DNA from: Paraspadella gotoi
Lineage: Eukaryota; Animalia; Chaetognatha
Length of the DNA: 63,849 nt
Reading direction: 5' to 3'
Assembly (NCBI GenBank): GCA_051294375.1
Contig: CM119267.1
Location: 16,546,835-16,610,683 of the forward strand
Made by a program: the position numbers and the translations under genes. Below are positions 40,071-54,075 of this stretch, in pieces; positions within the stretch are counted from its first letter, which is position 1, and every line of letters begins with the position of its first letter. The notes below the pieces were generated by a model, which was given only the letters and a program-made list of their open reading frames with translations, was not told where the DNA came from and did not search any database.

Positions 40071-41058
40071 AAAACAACATATCGGCTTCTGTTATTCTTC
40101 AGCTAATTCAACGGAAAAATCAAAGTCAGTCAAGGATGAAAAAAATTGTTATGAAAGAGAGAGAGAGAGATCTGAGATGGAGAGAGAGAGAGATGAGAGA
40201 GAGTCGCCGCCCGGACGTAATTTGTCTTTATTTTTCCCCTCCCCTATTGTCCGCGCAAAGATTTCGTCTGGCAATTGAATGCGGTTATGCTCCGTTACAA
40301 TTACGGCAAACGGAGGCCCGTCCCGGCGGCGGTTAACGTTTGCGCGTGGCGGGCGTTGGCCGGCGGCGCGGCCGGCGCGCGTGCGGCGGGGAAAGGGCGT
40401 CTTGTCGCATCGCTATTCATGAAGTTTAACCCGAAGAAAAGAAAAAAAGAAAAAGAAAAGAAAAATTGTAGGCCTTTCTTCCGCTTTAGTTTTTTCTTTT
40501 CTTTTCTTCGTCAAAAAATTGAAAAAAAATCCCGAATCGGTTGACGAATTCGCCAATTCAGCCAATCAACTCTCTTTCTTTTTATCGCCGCCGATCTGGC
40601 GTGAATGGCGCGGGGCGAAAAATTCCCGACGAAAAAGTGGAGCATTGAATGCTGTGGCGTGCAGTAGGGATCGACAAGTGATGGCGCAAGTGACGTGGTG
40701 AGACATCGAATGGAATGCATGGCGCGCTGACGTGAGCCATCGAGAATTGATGCGGTAGCAGCGTGATCATCGACAAAGTTATGACGCAATTGCGTGATGA
40801 GGTCTTCTTCGTGAGGCTACCGTGAGGCTCTTCGTGAAGGCTCTTGTGAGGCTCTTCGTGAGGCTCTTCGTGAGGCATCTTCGTGAGGCTCTTCGTGAGG
40901 CTCTTCGTGAGGCTCTTCCAGTGAATGAGGCTTTCTTCGTGATGCCGGTGTTACGCGCAGTTGTGAACCTCGTTGATGTGGAATCGGGTCGATGGTCCCG
41001 TAAAAAAAAATGTCTCACATCCGTTCCACATTCTTTCACCTTCATTCCATCTCATATT

Positions 41059-41111
<53 letters not shown>

Positions 41112-42349
41112 ACTCTCTCCTCTCTCTCTTCGCTCTCTCTCTCTCTCCTCTCTCTCTGACATCCCTTCTCGATTGTTCGCACGACGAGAAAAAGGAATAT
41201 TCCAGGTAAAAAAAAAAAAAAACCACAACTTGTTTCCAACTTTGAAAATCGGCGTCGCGGAAAAACAGAACGAAAGACAAAGGCGAAGGATCTTGTCTCG
41301 AATTAATAATAAAAATAATAGAAAACGAGAAAAAAGGAGGAAGAAAAGTTACAGAATTTAGTTACTACAAATGTTTTAATTTGAAAAAAAAAACTAGAGG
41401 AAGCAGACAAAGCAAGAGAAAAAGAAAAAATGCGAAAACTGCTAGTGATCGCATCTACTCGAATAAAACGTGTCAACGATCCTAAGAATAACATAACTTC
41501 TGACTATAATAAAGTAAATATTGAAAAACTTTTAGTCAAACCGAGAGGTAAGAAATGTTGAAGTGATGAAAAAAAAAAATTAAAGATGAGAAAATAAATC
41601 GAAAGAAAATTTTTGGGAAAAAATATGGGAAAAAACTTGAAAGGAAAAATAACCGAAACAAAATAAAACGACCGAAAAATGCGAAAAAGAAAGAGAAAAT
41701 AAAAAAAGCGGAAAAGGAAAATGCAGAGAAAAAAAAATGTGAAAGCGGAAAGAAAGAAAGACTCTAAGAAAAAGAAAGAAAGAAAAAAAGAAAAACAGGA
41801 GGCGGAATCCAATTCCTCGACTGACAAAATCGCGGATCCCAAACAGAATAAACGCCGAAGGAAAACTTCTTGAGAGGCGCGCAGGTCAAACGACGTCAAT
41901 TTTGGCGGCGAAGCGGAGGAAAGCGGCGGCTGCTGCTGCGGAGGCGGGGGATGCAGCGGAGACGGGAGGCGCTGAGGCAGCGTTAAGGGAGAGGGTTACT
42001 GACATTCGTGTCCGAAGAGCATAATATTTATGTTTCGTGCGGGTGCGTTTTATATTGGCAAAAAAAAAACATACAATTGGTTTTGGTCAATTATTAAATT
42101 TTAGTGAATTAAATGCTTCGGTCAATTTTGGTTAATTAATTTAAACTTTGCTGAATTATGAAGATCTCGTCAATTCGTCATTCCCTTATTCTCTCACAGC
42201 TTGAGACTTGTTTCAGCAATTGACGAGTGGGAACTAAAAATAAGATCCAAGATCTTACAACAAAATAAAAATTCAAATAATCTCAATCTTACAAAAGAAA
42301 TATGCGTTAGGATGTTATCAGTAACCCCCCCCCCCACAAAACAACCAAC

Positions 42350-42518
42350 CGATAGAGACACCGCGACGACTTGCGAAGACAGGAATATCCCGGCGAATCC
42401 CCTTCGGGTTCTCGTCGACATCCCTCACCTCCACCGACATTTCGTGACGGAGAAACGACCTCAATTTACTATTCCGATGGATCAAAAACAGAAGAGCAAC
42501 GGAACTGAGCGTTGCGAT
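42350..42518 (-). CDS. Candidate exon (unidentified; hydrophobic segment followed by a charged tail)
   Basis: Acceptor ccccccctttaag-like pyrimidine run ending AG at 42520-42519, donor g|gttggt at 42349. Open frame IATLSSVALLFLIHRNSKLRSFLRHEMSVEVRDVDENPKGIRRDIPVFASRRGVSI. It is a complex-sequence island between simple repeats. Confidence 0.3.
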
Positions 42519-42573
42519 CTTAAAGGGGGGAGTATAAATATGGCGAGGGAGGTGAAAGAACTGCTGAGGGAGG

Positions 42574-42615
<42 letters not shown>

Positions 42616-43687
42616 AAGAGAAGAGAGAGAAGAGAGAGAGAGAGAGAGCAAGATGGTGGTTGTTATTATACATATTCCACAACGCCAGGTTTTTCGGAAT
42701 CAGTCATTTTCCCGGCGCAGTTTCTAAGCCAGAGTTTATCTCCAGAAAAAAAAGCCTCCATAACAATAACAAGATACAACTACCAATTTCAACATTAAGC
42801 AAGATATTTATATAGTCAAGGCTAGAAAAAAAACCCGATTCACTCAATGATATAAAAATTTGGTAAGTTCTCATCAGCGTATTTTTTAGATTAGTTAGAT
42901 TTCCGCCACCAATTCTTACCGGATAACTTTGTACAACAGTGACGTCAGAAAAAAAAACAACAACAAAAATAAATTACAAAAAACAACACCGCTGGTGGCG
43001 GGGCCCTGTTCTTCACCGGCTATGATGACGACGACGCTCGACAAACAAAGATGACGACCGACGACACGACGACGACGACGCGCCGGACGACGGACGCGCG
43101 ACGACCGAAGCCGCACGAAGCCGACTTCTCCGTTGATTGTCTCTCAAAACAAAAAACTACGAGCGTCAAATCTTGAGTGTTTGTTTCCAATCATAACCAA
43201 AAACTCGCAGCAGCTCCGATGTAAACACTAAGAGAGAGTAAGAGGATTGGAAAGTTCTTTTTGGTCGCGGTTTGAAATGCGACGAGAGGTGAGTTGGCGA
43301 TGAAGTTCTTTGGGATGGTAAGTTAATAATAGTTAATAGGTAAGTTTGCTTTAATTTTGTGGTGCGGAGCGGTAGCGACAACCTCAAAACCGGCTTAAGT
43401 TTATCATGAAAGGAAGCACATGGTTATTTTAGTATAAACACAGATTGTGTGACATGTTTTCGAGAAGAACCTTAAAATTTACGCAAAATTTTACTCCGGC
43501 TCCAAAAGTAACGCATGGTAAATTGAATATTACAGCTGTGTTTCTTACTCTATCTCAATCTGATCTCCACGCAGCTCATCAACGGGATCATTCGACTGTT
43601 TACTTTCTCGCCACCAATAACAAAAAGATAAGGGATAAACACGAAATCTTTTTGAGATTATCCTAATCAGAATCTAGATCTCGTGTT

Positions 43688-43746
<59 letters not shown>

Positions 43747-45779
43747 TCTCTCTCTCTCTCTATCTCTCTTCTCGTTTTCATCCCCACTCTCGTTGCTCCC
43801 TGTGGCCCGGTTTATCGAAATAGTCAATCACTAACATTTTGCACTCTTTCTCCTTTCTCGTTTCCTGTTCTCTCTCACTATCTTTTTCCTATCTATGTCC
43901 GCAATGTCCTTAATTGTTTGAATTTTATTTTTAGTGCCATTAGTGCAATTTTTCTTGCTCAATACTCATCTCGTTTAATCGTTTAATCTTTCTTATTGTC
44001 TTAATTGTCAAATGTCTTTATTTTCAGAAAAAAAAAAAAAAAAAAAAATTCTATCTCTTCTTTTCCCCCTTTCTCTCTCTCTTTCTCTTCCCTCCCACCT
44101 CTCCTCCTCTCTCACTCCTTTCTCTTCTCTCTCCCGGGTTGTGACGACGAGGGAAATTTCGTTACGTCTAAAAACAAATTAAAAGGGAATAAAAAATGTT
44201 GGAAGGGTGCAAACTGCGGGGGTGAGAAGGATTCATTTTGCGGGGGAAAGAAAAGACTTAAGATAAGGATATGATAAAGGGTAGAGGAGAAAGGGAAGCA
44301 GATTGTGTCAGGTGAACGAGAGAGAAGAGAGAGAACAAAAATGAGATTTACTTAGATTGATTTAACTAAACTAAGACAAACCTTAGATTATAGAATGTTG
44401 AAGAAAATGGACCATAATGAAAAAATAAGGGCAAAAAATATATTAAATAAAGATCAAAGACGAGTAATGAGGAAAAAATAATATTACAAAAGGACGAAAA
44501 TAAAAAAATCATTTAATGTCATTGTAAAAGAAGCCAAACACAGGAGAGGCCAAGGAAATCTAGAAGAGTGTTCTCCAAAGATGCCGGTGGGGAATTCCGG
44601 TTCGGAGAGGGGGAAGAATTTGGCGCGGCCTGCGGGGAAGCGGAGGAAGGGGCCAACAGGCGGTGGGGACGCCCCGACTCGACTCGGGCCGTAAATTTTG
44701 ATGCTTACAATCGAGAAATGGCGATAAATTTGCTTCTTTGTTCTCGATGGATATCGACGCGCTCGGGTTTCCGGCGCGTCTGATATCAGTCGAGAAACAA
44801 AAGAGAAATTTATCGCCCATTTCCTCGATTGTAGCCTCAAATTTACGCCCGAGTCGAGTCGGGGCGTCCCCTACCGCCCTGTTGGCCCCTTCCTCCGCTT
44901 CCCCGCAGGCCCGCGCCAAATTCTTCCCCCCTCTCGAACCGGAATCCCCACCGGCACTTTGGAGAATACACTGCTTGCTAGGTATTTCCTGGGCCTCTCT
45001 TTGTTATTTGGAACTTTTTTCTTACAAGACATTAAATGATTTCTTTATTTTCGTCCTTTTTGTAATATTATTCTTTTCCCATTACTCGTCTTTTGATCTT
45101 ATATTAATTATGATTTTTTTGCCATTATTTTTCATTAGATATATACTTGTTCCATTTTCTTTCAACACTTATAATCTAAGTTAGTCTTAGTTAAGTAAAG
45201 TCAATTTAAGTAAAATCCATTTTTGTTCTCTCTCTCTCTTCCCGTTCACCCACAATCTGCCTTACCCTTTCCCTTACCCTTTATCAATTCCTTTATCTTA
45301 GTCTTTTCTTTCTCCCCCCAAAATGAATCCTTCTCACCCCCGCAGTTTGCAACGCCTTCCAACATTTTTATTCCCTTTTTCTTTGTTTTTAGACGTAACG
45401 AAATTTCTCGGTCGTCACAACCCGGGAGAGAGAGAGAAAGAGAGAGTGAGAGAGAGTGAGAGGGGGACGGGAAGAGAAAGAGAGAGAGAAAGGGGGAAAA
45501 GAGAGATAGAAATTTTTTTTTTTTTTTTCTGAAATAAAAAAGACAATTTGACAATTAAGACAATAAGAAGATTAAACGATTAAACGATGAGTATTGAGCA
45601 AGAAAAATTGCACTAATGGCACTAAAAATAAAATTCAAACAATTAAGGATCATTGCGGACAAGATAGAAAAAGATAGTGAGAGAGACAGGAAACGAGAAA
45701 GAGAGAAAGAGTGGCAAAATGTTAGTGATTGAACTTTCGATAAACCGGGCCACAGAGGGAGCAAGAGAGTGGGGGAAAT

Positions 45780-45900
<121 letters not shown>

Positions 45901-46901
45901 AAACGAGATTCTAGATCTGATTAGGATAACTCAAGAAAGATTTCTGTTTATCCCTTATCTTTTGTTATTGGTGGCGAGAAGTAAACAGTCGAATGATCCC
46001 GTTGATGAGCTGCGTGGGATCAGATTGAGATAGAGTAAGAAAACACACTGTAAATTATCAATTTACCATGCGTTACTTTGGAGCCGGAGTAAAATTTTGC
46101 GTAAATTTTAGGTTCTTCCGAAAAACATGTCACACAATCTGTGTTAATCTAAAATAAACCTGTGCTTCCTTTCATGATAAACTTAGCCGGTTTTGAGGTT
46201 GTCGCTACCGTCTCCCACAACAAATTAAAGCAACTTACCTATTAACTATTATTAACTTACCATCCAGCAAAGACTCATCGCCAACTCACCCTCTCTCGCA
46301 TTTCAACCCCGACCAAAGAAGAACTTTCCATCCTCTTACCTCTCATTCTGTTTACATCGCGAAGCTGCGGAGTTTTTGAGTTATGATTGGAACAAACACA
46401 AGATTTGACGCTCGTAGTTTTTGTTTTGAGAGACAATCAACGGAGAAGTCGGCTTCGTCGGCTTCGTCGTCGTCGTCGGCGTCGTCGTCGGCGTCGTCGT
46501 CGTCGTCGTCGTCGTCGTCATCTTTGTTGTCGACGTCGTCGTCATCATAGCCGGTGAAGACAGGCCCCGCCACCAGCGGTGTTGTTTTTGTAATTATTTT
46601 TGTTGTTGTTTTTTTTTCTGACGTCACTGTTGTAAAAGTTATCCGCGTAAGAATTGGTGGCGGAAATCTAATCTACTAAAAAATACCTGATAAACTTACC
46701 AATTTTTATATCATTGAGTGAATCGGGTTTTTTTTCTACTTGACATATAAATATCTTGCTTAATGTTGAAATTTGTAGTTGTATTGTATTGTATGGTAGG
46801 CTTTTTTTCTTCTGGGAGATAAACTCTGCTTAGAAACTGCGCCGGAAAATGACGATTCCGAAAACCTGGCGTTGTGGAATGATAATAACAACCACCATCT
46901 T

Positions 46902-46936
<35 letters not shown>

Positions 46937-48475
46937 NNNNNNNNNNNNNNNNNNNNNNNNNNNNNNNNNNNNNNNNNNNNNNNNNNNNNNNNNNNNNNNN
47001 NNNNNNNNNNNNNNNNNNNNNNNNNNNNNNNNNNNNNNNNNNNNNNNNNNNNNNNNNNNNNNNNNNNNNNNNNNNNNNNNNNNNNNNNNNNNNNGGGGGG
47101 GGGTTACTGATAACATCCTACCATATCTTTTGTAAAGATTGAGATTATTTGAATTTTTATTTTGTTGTAGATCTTGGATCTTATTTTTAGTTTCCCACTC
47201 GTCAATTGCTGAAACAAGTCTCAAGCTGTGAGAGAATAGGGAATGACGAATTGACGAGACTTCATAATTCAGCAAAGTTAAAATTTAATTAACCAAAATT
47301 CGACGAAGCATTTAATTCACTAAAATTATAATTGACCAAAACCAATTGTATGTTTTTTTTGCCATATAAAACGCACCCACGAAACATAAATATTATCCTC
47401 TTCGACACGAATGTCAGTACCCTCCCCTTACGCTGCCTCAGCGCCTCCGTCTCCGCCTCATCCCCCGCCTCCGCAGCAGCAGCCGCCGCTTTCTCCGCTT
47501 CCGCCGCCAAAATTGACGTCGTTGACTGCGCCTCTCAAGAGTTTTCCTTCGGCGTTTATTCCTGTTTGGGATCGCGATTTTGTCAGTCGAGGAATTGGAT
47601 TCCGCCTCCTGTTTTCTTTTTTCTTTCTTTCTTTCTTTCTTTCTTTCTTTCCCGCTTTCATTTTTTTTCTCTCATTTTCTTTTCCGCTTTTTTTATTTTC
47701 TCTTTCTTTTTCCATTTTTCGGTCGTTTTATTTTGGTTTCGGTTATTTTTCTTTCAAGTTTTTCCCATATTTTTTCCCAAAAAATTTTCTTTCGATTTAT
47801 TTTCTCATCTTTAATTTTTTTTTTCATCACTTCAACATTTCTTCTCTCGGTTTGACTAAAAGTTTCAATATTTACTTTATTATAGTCAGAATTTATTTAT
47901 TCTTAGGATCGTTGACACGTTTTTATTCGAGTAGATGCGAATCACTAGCAGTTTTCCGCATTTATTTCTTTTCTCTTTATCTCTTCCTCTAGTTTTTTTT
48001 TTCAAATTTAAACTATTTGTAGTAACTAAATTCTGTAACTTTTCTTCCCTCCTTTTTTTCTCGTTTTCTATTATTTTTATTATTATTCGACAAGATCCTT
48101 CGCCTTTGTCTTTCGTTTCTGTTTTCGCGACGCGATTTTCCAAGTTNNNNNNNNNNNNNNNNNNNNNNNNNNNNNNNNNNNNNNNNNNNNNNNNNNNNNN
48201 NNNNNNNNNNNNNNNNNNNNNNNNNNNNNNNNNNNNNNNNNNNNNNNNNNNNNNNNNNNNNNNNNNNNNNNNNNNNNNNNNNNNNNNNNNNNNNNNNNNN
48301 NNNNNNNNNNNNNNNNNNNNNNNNNNNNNNNNNNNNNNNNNNNNNNNNNNNNNNNNNNNNNNNNNNNNNNNNNNNNNNNNNNNNNNNNNNNNNNCGGATG
48401 TGAGAACATTTTTTTTACGGACCATCGACCCGATTCCACTCAACGAGGTTCACAACTCGCGGTAACAACCGGCAT

Positions 48476-48620
48476 CACGAAGAGCCTCATCACGAAGAGC
48501 CTCACGAAGAGCCTCACGAAGAGCCTCACGAAGAGCCTCACGAAGAGCCTCACGAAGAGCCTCACGAAGAGCCTCACGAAGAGCCTCACGAAGAGCCTCA
48601 CGAAGCCTCACGAAGAGCCT
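48476..48620 (+). repeat. 12-bp minisatellite (CACGAAGAGCCT) x ~12; mirror copy at ~40797-40940
   Basis: Direct reading. Plus-strand frames give (EEPH)n, (KSLT)n or (RASR)n. Confidence 0.95.
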
Positions 48621-48775
48621 CATCACGCCATTGCGTCATAACTTTGTCGATGACTCACGCTGCTACCCCATCAATTCCTCGATGGCTCACGTCAGCGCGC
48701 CATCATTCCATTCGATGTCTCACGTCACTGCGCCATCACTTTGTCGATCCCTAACTCACGCCACAGCATCAATGC
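48621..48775 (+). repeat. Diverged 32-33 bp tandem repeat (tcgatg.ctcacg...gcgccatca...), about 4-5 units; mirror at ~40645-40797
   Basis: Units tcgatgactcacgctgctaccccatcaattcc / tcgatggctcacgtcagcgcgccatcattccat / tcgatgtctcacgtcactgcgccatcactttg. Confidence 0.75.
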
Positions 48776-49024
48776 TCCACTTTTTCGTCGGGAATGTTTT
48801 CGCCGCGCCATTCACGCCAGATCCGGCGGCGATAAAAAGAAAGAGAGTTGATTGGCTGAATTGGCGAATTCCGTCAACCGATTCGGGATTTTTTTTCAAT
48901 TTTTTGACGAACGAAAAGAAAAGAAAAAACTAAAGCGAAGAAGGCCTCAATTTTCTTTTCCTTTTCTTTTTTCTTTTCTTCGGGTTCAAACTCATGAATA
49001 CGCGATGCGACAAGACGCCCTTTC

Positions 49025-49056
<32 letters not shown>

Positions 49057-49344
49057 GCCGCCGCCACCGCCACCGTAACCGCCGCCGGGACGGGCCTCCG
49101 TTCTGCCCGTAATTGTAACGGAGCATAACCCATTCAATTGCCAGACGAATCTTTGCGCGGACAATAGGGGGAGGGGAAAAATAAAGACAAATTACGTCCG
49201 GGCGGCGACTCTCTCTCATCTCTCTCTCTCTCCATCTCAGATCTCTCTCTCTCTCTTTCATAACAATTTTTTTCATCCTTGACTGACTTTGATTTTCCGT
49301 TGAATTAGCTGAAGAATAACAGAACGCCGATATGTTGTTTTTTC

Positions 49345-49410
49345 CTTCTTTCTTTCTTTCTCTCTTTCCTTCTTTCTTTCTTTCTTTCTTTCTTTATTTC
49401 TTTCTTTTTT

Positions 49411-49491
<81 letters not shown>

Positions 49492-49495
49492 TTTT
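49345..49495. repeat. (TTTC)n microsatellite
   Basis: Long run of tttc units, forming the outer end of the palindrome's right arm. Confidence 0.95.
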
Positions 49496-49730
49496 TTTCT
49501 TTCCTACTTATTTCTCCGTCTTATTTTTCCTTTTCCTTAAAAAAAACCCCTTCGCCGATGAATAACGCGCCATGAGAGGTGAAGAAGGACACCTAACGTA
49601 AACAAGAAAAGCTGAGAGAGAAAACAAAAGATCGTAAAAAGAAAAAAAGGAAGTCTCCGAGATATGTAGAAGCGAGAGAGGAGAAAGGAAAGAGAGAGAG
49701 AGGAGAGAGAGAGAAAGAGAAAGAGGAGGA

Positions 49731-49815
<85 letters not shown>

Positions 49816-49977
49816 GAGCAGAGAGAGAGAAAGCAAAGAGAGTGAGAGGACTTAATGAGGAAGAGAGAGGTAAAAAATTCGTAAATCCAATTTTCGTGGC
49901 TTCCACTTGATTCCCAATGCTTTTCTCGGTCACCCATCTGGGATCTGCGGAAAATTTTTTTCTTTCTCCCTCTCACT

Positions 49978-50030
<53 letters not shown>

Positions 50031-51579
50031 CTCTCTCTCTCTCTTCTCGTCTCTCGGTCTCTCTCTCTCCTCTCGCTCTTATTCGTCGTGAGGAAGGAAA
50101 AAAAACATGGACGGCAGGGTAGGGATGTTGGAAAGGTATTTAAGCTTCGGTTGAGCGGGCATGGAACCGTGACGGTTTCCGACTGTGCGTGAACAGTTTT
50201 TTTGGACAATAAAAGGTGGGAATTGGATTAGTAGGCCAGTTCGTAGAAATTTTAAACATTGACAGTTTAAAAAATTAAAAATCCTCAAAGCACAAATATT
50301 CCGACAAAAAAAAATATAAAAGTGTATTCTTATTACTCATTTTTAATATTTTCATCTTTTATTGATTACTTCCTCACTTCTTGCTTACCTCTTGATTAGG
50401 TTCACCTAAATATTTAGTTTTTTTTTCTCTCTTTTTTTTTCTCCTTCCAAGTATCCTAGGTCATGGTTTGCTATTTTGTTTCCCCCTCCAACTTTTCCCG
50501 CCTCGTTTCTATTTCGGAAATTTTTTTAAACCTTTCATTCTTCTATTTTTTTTTTCTTCTTCATTTCTATATCTTCCATTTCTTCTTTCTTTTCTTTTCC
50601 TTTCTTTCTTTTTTTTTCTTTCTTCTCATTTTTCCGCGTTGTTGTGACGACAAATTCATAATCCGTCTTCCGAGGGAGAGAGGGCGTTCTCCTCGCCCGA
50701 ATTCAAGAATTTAATTTCCTCGTAATTTTCACTTTATTTTTTTTTTTTTTTTTCAGTTTTCGCACTTTTTAGGTTTTTGGGTTAGTTTGTTTTTGTTTTG
50801 GCGCGGGGACGGTGTTTAATTTTTATTTTTTTCATTTCTTTAGGGGTTTTCAAAGGAGCAAAAAAGCCCGACTCGGATTCCGACCTCAAATTATTTTGGT
50901 TTTTTTTTCTGAATCTTAGAAACGCTGTTGGAATTTAAACGTTGACGAAGGCACGCCCTTTGCGCGTCAAAACGGCGGTTACAGATCGATCATTTAAAAA
51001 AAAAGTCGTTACCGTTACTCCTTCCGCTTTGCATCAATGTCGCACTTACTGTAACAGCCTTACAACTAACAAACGATTTCGACATTTATTATCAAGCTTA
51101 AATTCCCACTGCGTTCCGCGTGCTGACTTTGAGTATGATACTAACAATGTTGTTTTTTTATTTACGCTCGTTTTTAGTTCACACACAGACTTTTAATATC
51201 ACGCTCAAAACAAGAATCACGCTAATCTTTGCGAAAGTAACGTTCGATTGGCGGCCCGTGGACTTTTAATGTGAGACCCAGATCGTTTTAATACCGACGC
51301 GAACTCAACGTTACTTTGGCAATCGGCACACACGCTGATTTCTAAGGTCAACAAACGTCGTTGGCATTAACCATCGTCATCGTCGTCGTCGTCGTCGTCG
51401 CATGGCTTCTCTATTTGAGCCAGTCTTTCACTTTTTAACCTTTTATCTGAAGTCCAATGACCTTTTGTAAAATGGTCCACGATGCAAATATCACCCAAAG
51501 TTTCGATGGATTCGTTGCCTGCGTAAGCATTTTGCTTTTTGTCATAAAAGTTTTCAAAACTTCTCAGTGGAACTTGGGT

Positions 51580-51614
<35 letters not shown>

Positions 51615-53355
51615 TCTCTCTCTTCTCTCTATCTCTCTCCTCTCTCATCTCTCCTCTACTTCCTCTCTCTCTCCCTTCCGTCTCCCCTCATAACCACCCC
51701 ATCGGCAGGGTCGACGCGTTTTTACCTGAAAATTTACGCCTTAAATCTTAATCACCTGAAATCGAAAACCTGCATTAAACGTAATTTTAAGGGGAGGGAG
51801 AGAGAAGACGTAGGAAAGAGAGAGAGAAAGGAGGAGAGAGAGAGGAGGAGCAGAGAGAGAAGAGCAGAGAGAGAGAGAGAGAAGAGAGAGAGAAAAGAGA
51901 GAGAGAAGAGAGAGAGAGAGAGAGAAGAGAGAGAGAGATAAGAGGCAAATTAAAGTCAAGTCAAAAAACTGAAGAAAGGATGAAAACGCGGACAAAAGAG
52001 TTCCCCCTCTGAGATTTAGACGTTACGGGAATAAGACGCCTTTTTTTAAAAAAAAAAGTAAGGGATCTTGCTGCGGGGAGGCGCGGTCGGGTACTGGGTA
52101 GGGAAATTTTGAAACTTCAAGATAGCGGGAGAAGGCGAGGGTAGATTTGAGAAAAGGTTTGGGGTTTTAAAAAAAATACGAAGGCCGCGGGCGATGGTAT
52201 ATAGTATCTTACTTGTTCGGGCCCGAGGGCGGGAAAAAGTTTTCTTTCCCCCCTCTCATTTCTTTTGAAGAATCGGGGTGGGGAAAGAAATGTGTGAGAT
52301 TCTTAAGACTTTATCGTCTTAATTATAGGATTGAATAGCTGGAAAAGTGACAAAAGGAAACCCGAGTCTGAATTAAAGGTGTGAGGCCCGTCTCTCTAAT
52401 CCCCCTCCAGCATCTGGACCAAAAGATTGGATATTTTTTTCGCAAGAGAATTTGTGGAGTTTTTTTTGAGGGTTTTTCCTTAATTTTCGGGCGAAGAAAA
52501 GTTGTTTTAAGAAAATTTTTCAATTGTATTTTTGAAAACTAAAAGAAAAAAGGTGGAGGAGATCAAGAAGACGAAAGGAGTTTAATGAAAGTGTTTTTCT
52601 TATTATTTTTAAAGTCATTTATTCAATTTAACATACTTTTTCCTGCAACCCGAACTAATTAGCTACTAATTTTTTTTTAATTGACTTCTCATTCGTTATT
52701 TATTTGTTCTTAAAACTCGACTTTCGTTAACCTAACGTGGTTGTTCTTTAACAACACGAAACATTTTTTCCTTGACCATAGAACCCTACCCGTTCTCGTC
52801 CGACGGACAATTAGTCCTCGTTGCTGTTCTTAAGTCGTCGTTGGTCAGAACCGTGGGGTTTTTCGTCACCGGACTTTTCGTTTCTCGGGCCGCCTCCGCG
52901 CGAAAGGAAAAGACTTCCGCTCGCAACACAAATAACGTTTTTAAAAATCTCATTATTATAGTCCTGGTATATTGTCTTCAGATATTCGCAAGGTAAAAAC
53001 CCTATTAGTTTTCTTATTGTTTCTTTCAGTGATATTATATAGTAACCTCTAATTGTAATTTTTTTAAAAAATATATTTAAGTAAACTGTTTAAACTACGA
53101 TATATATTAGTCTTGTACGAAGTTTCCTGATGGTTATTGAATTTTCATTAGTTCTATCTCCGTTCTCGTCGAAATTTTTTTTTAATCCGCTATTTCCGTA
53201 GTATTTACTTTTTTTTATAACAATTAATTTATCTTTTATTATCCTGTTTTTCTTTCTTTTTTTTTATAAGCATTCACGGCCGCCATCGCGCCGTTTTTGT
53301 TTCCTGGCGCCGAACGGTACCTGTCAGGCTCGCAGGTGGCGAGAGAAGAACGAAG

Positions 53356-53423
<68 letters not shown>

Positions 53424-53810
53424 GAGAGAAAGATGAGTAGAGGAGAGAGAGAGAGAGAAGAGGAGGAGATCGTGTCTTGGTAATAATATCCCATTTCAAA
53501 TTACGGTGAAAGCTTCCTCGAGAACGAACATAAAAGATCGAGAGAGTATATTCTTTTCTTTTTTCTTTCATTTTTTTTTTTTAAATTTTAATTTTTCGAA
53601 TTCCTGATAGATTCGACAGAACCGAGTGAGGAGGAGGAAGAGGACGAGGACGAGATAACGAAGTCACGGGAAGAGCGAAAGAGGAGGAAGAGGAGGAAGA
53701 AAAGAGGACATCTGTAGCTTTGGGGTCGTTTCGGCATGAGAAGAGAGAGAGAGAGAGAGAGAGGAGAGAGAAGAGGAGAGAGAGGAGAGAGAAGAGAGAG
53801 AGAGAGAGAG

Positions 53811-53855
<45 letters not shown>

Positions 53856-54038
53856 CAAGAGAGGGAAGAGAGGAGAGAGCTGCAACACAAACAACTTGGG
53901 TTAATCACGGGAACGCGGACGAAAGATTTCGTGTAATCGGGGCGAATGAAAACAAACCGATTCTGTGGTTCTCGGTGTGTGGGGATCGAGGGGAACGAAA
54001 GACATTGGCTAAGATGATCGTCTCTCTCTTTCTCTCTC

Positions 54039-54075
<37 letters not shown>

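Noticed and set aside
44756-44780. Sequencing hairpin adapter at the palindrome centre
   Set aside because: The loop sequence shows no resemblance to an adapter, so a missed-adapter origin is not directly supported; a template-switch fold-back fits better.
48476-48620. CRISPR-like array
   Set aside because: Head-to-tail 12-mers without unique spacers, no cas genes, eukaryotic context.
52993-53029. 36-37 nt GT...TTTCAG mini-intron (also 58235-58270)
   Set aside because: The splice-like signals are good, but the downstream sequence is stop-rich and the upstream frame differs between the two noisy copies, so no gene model can be supported.
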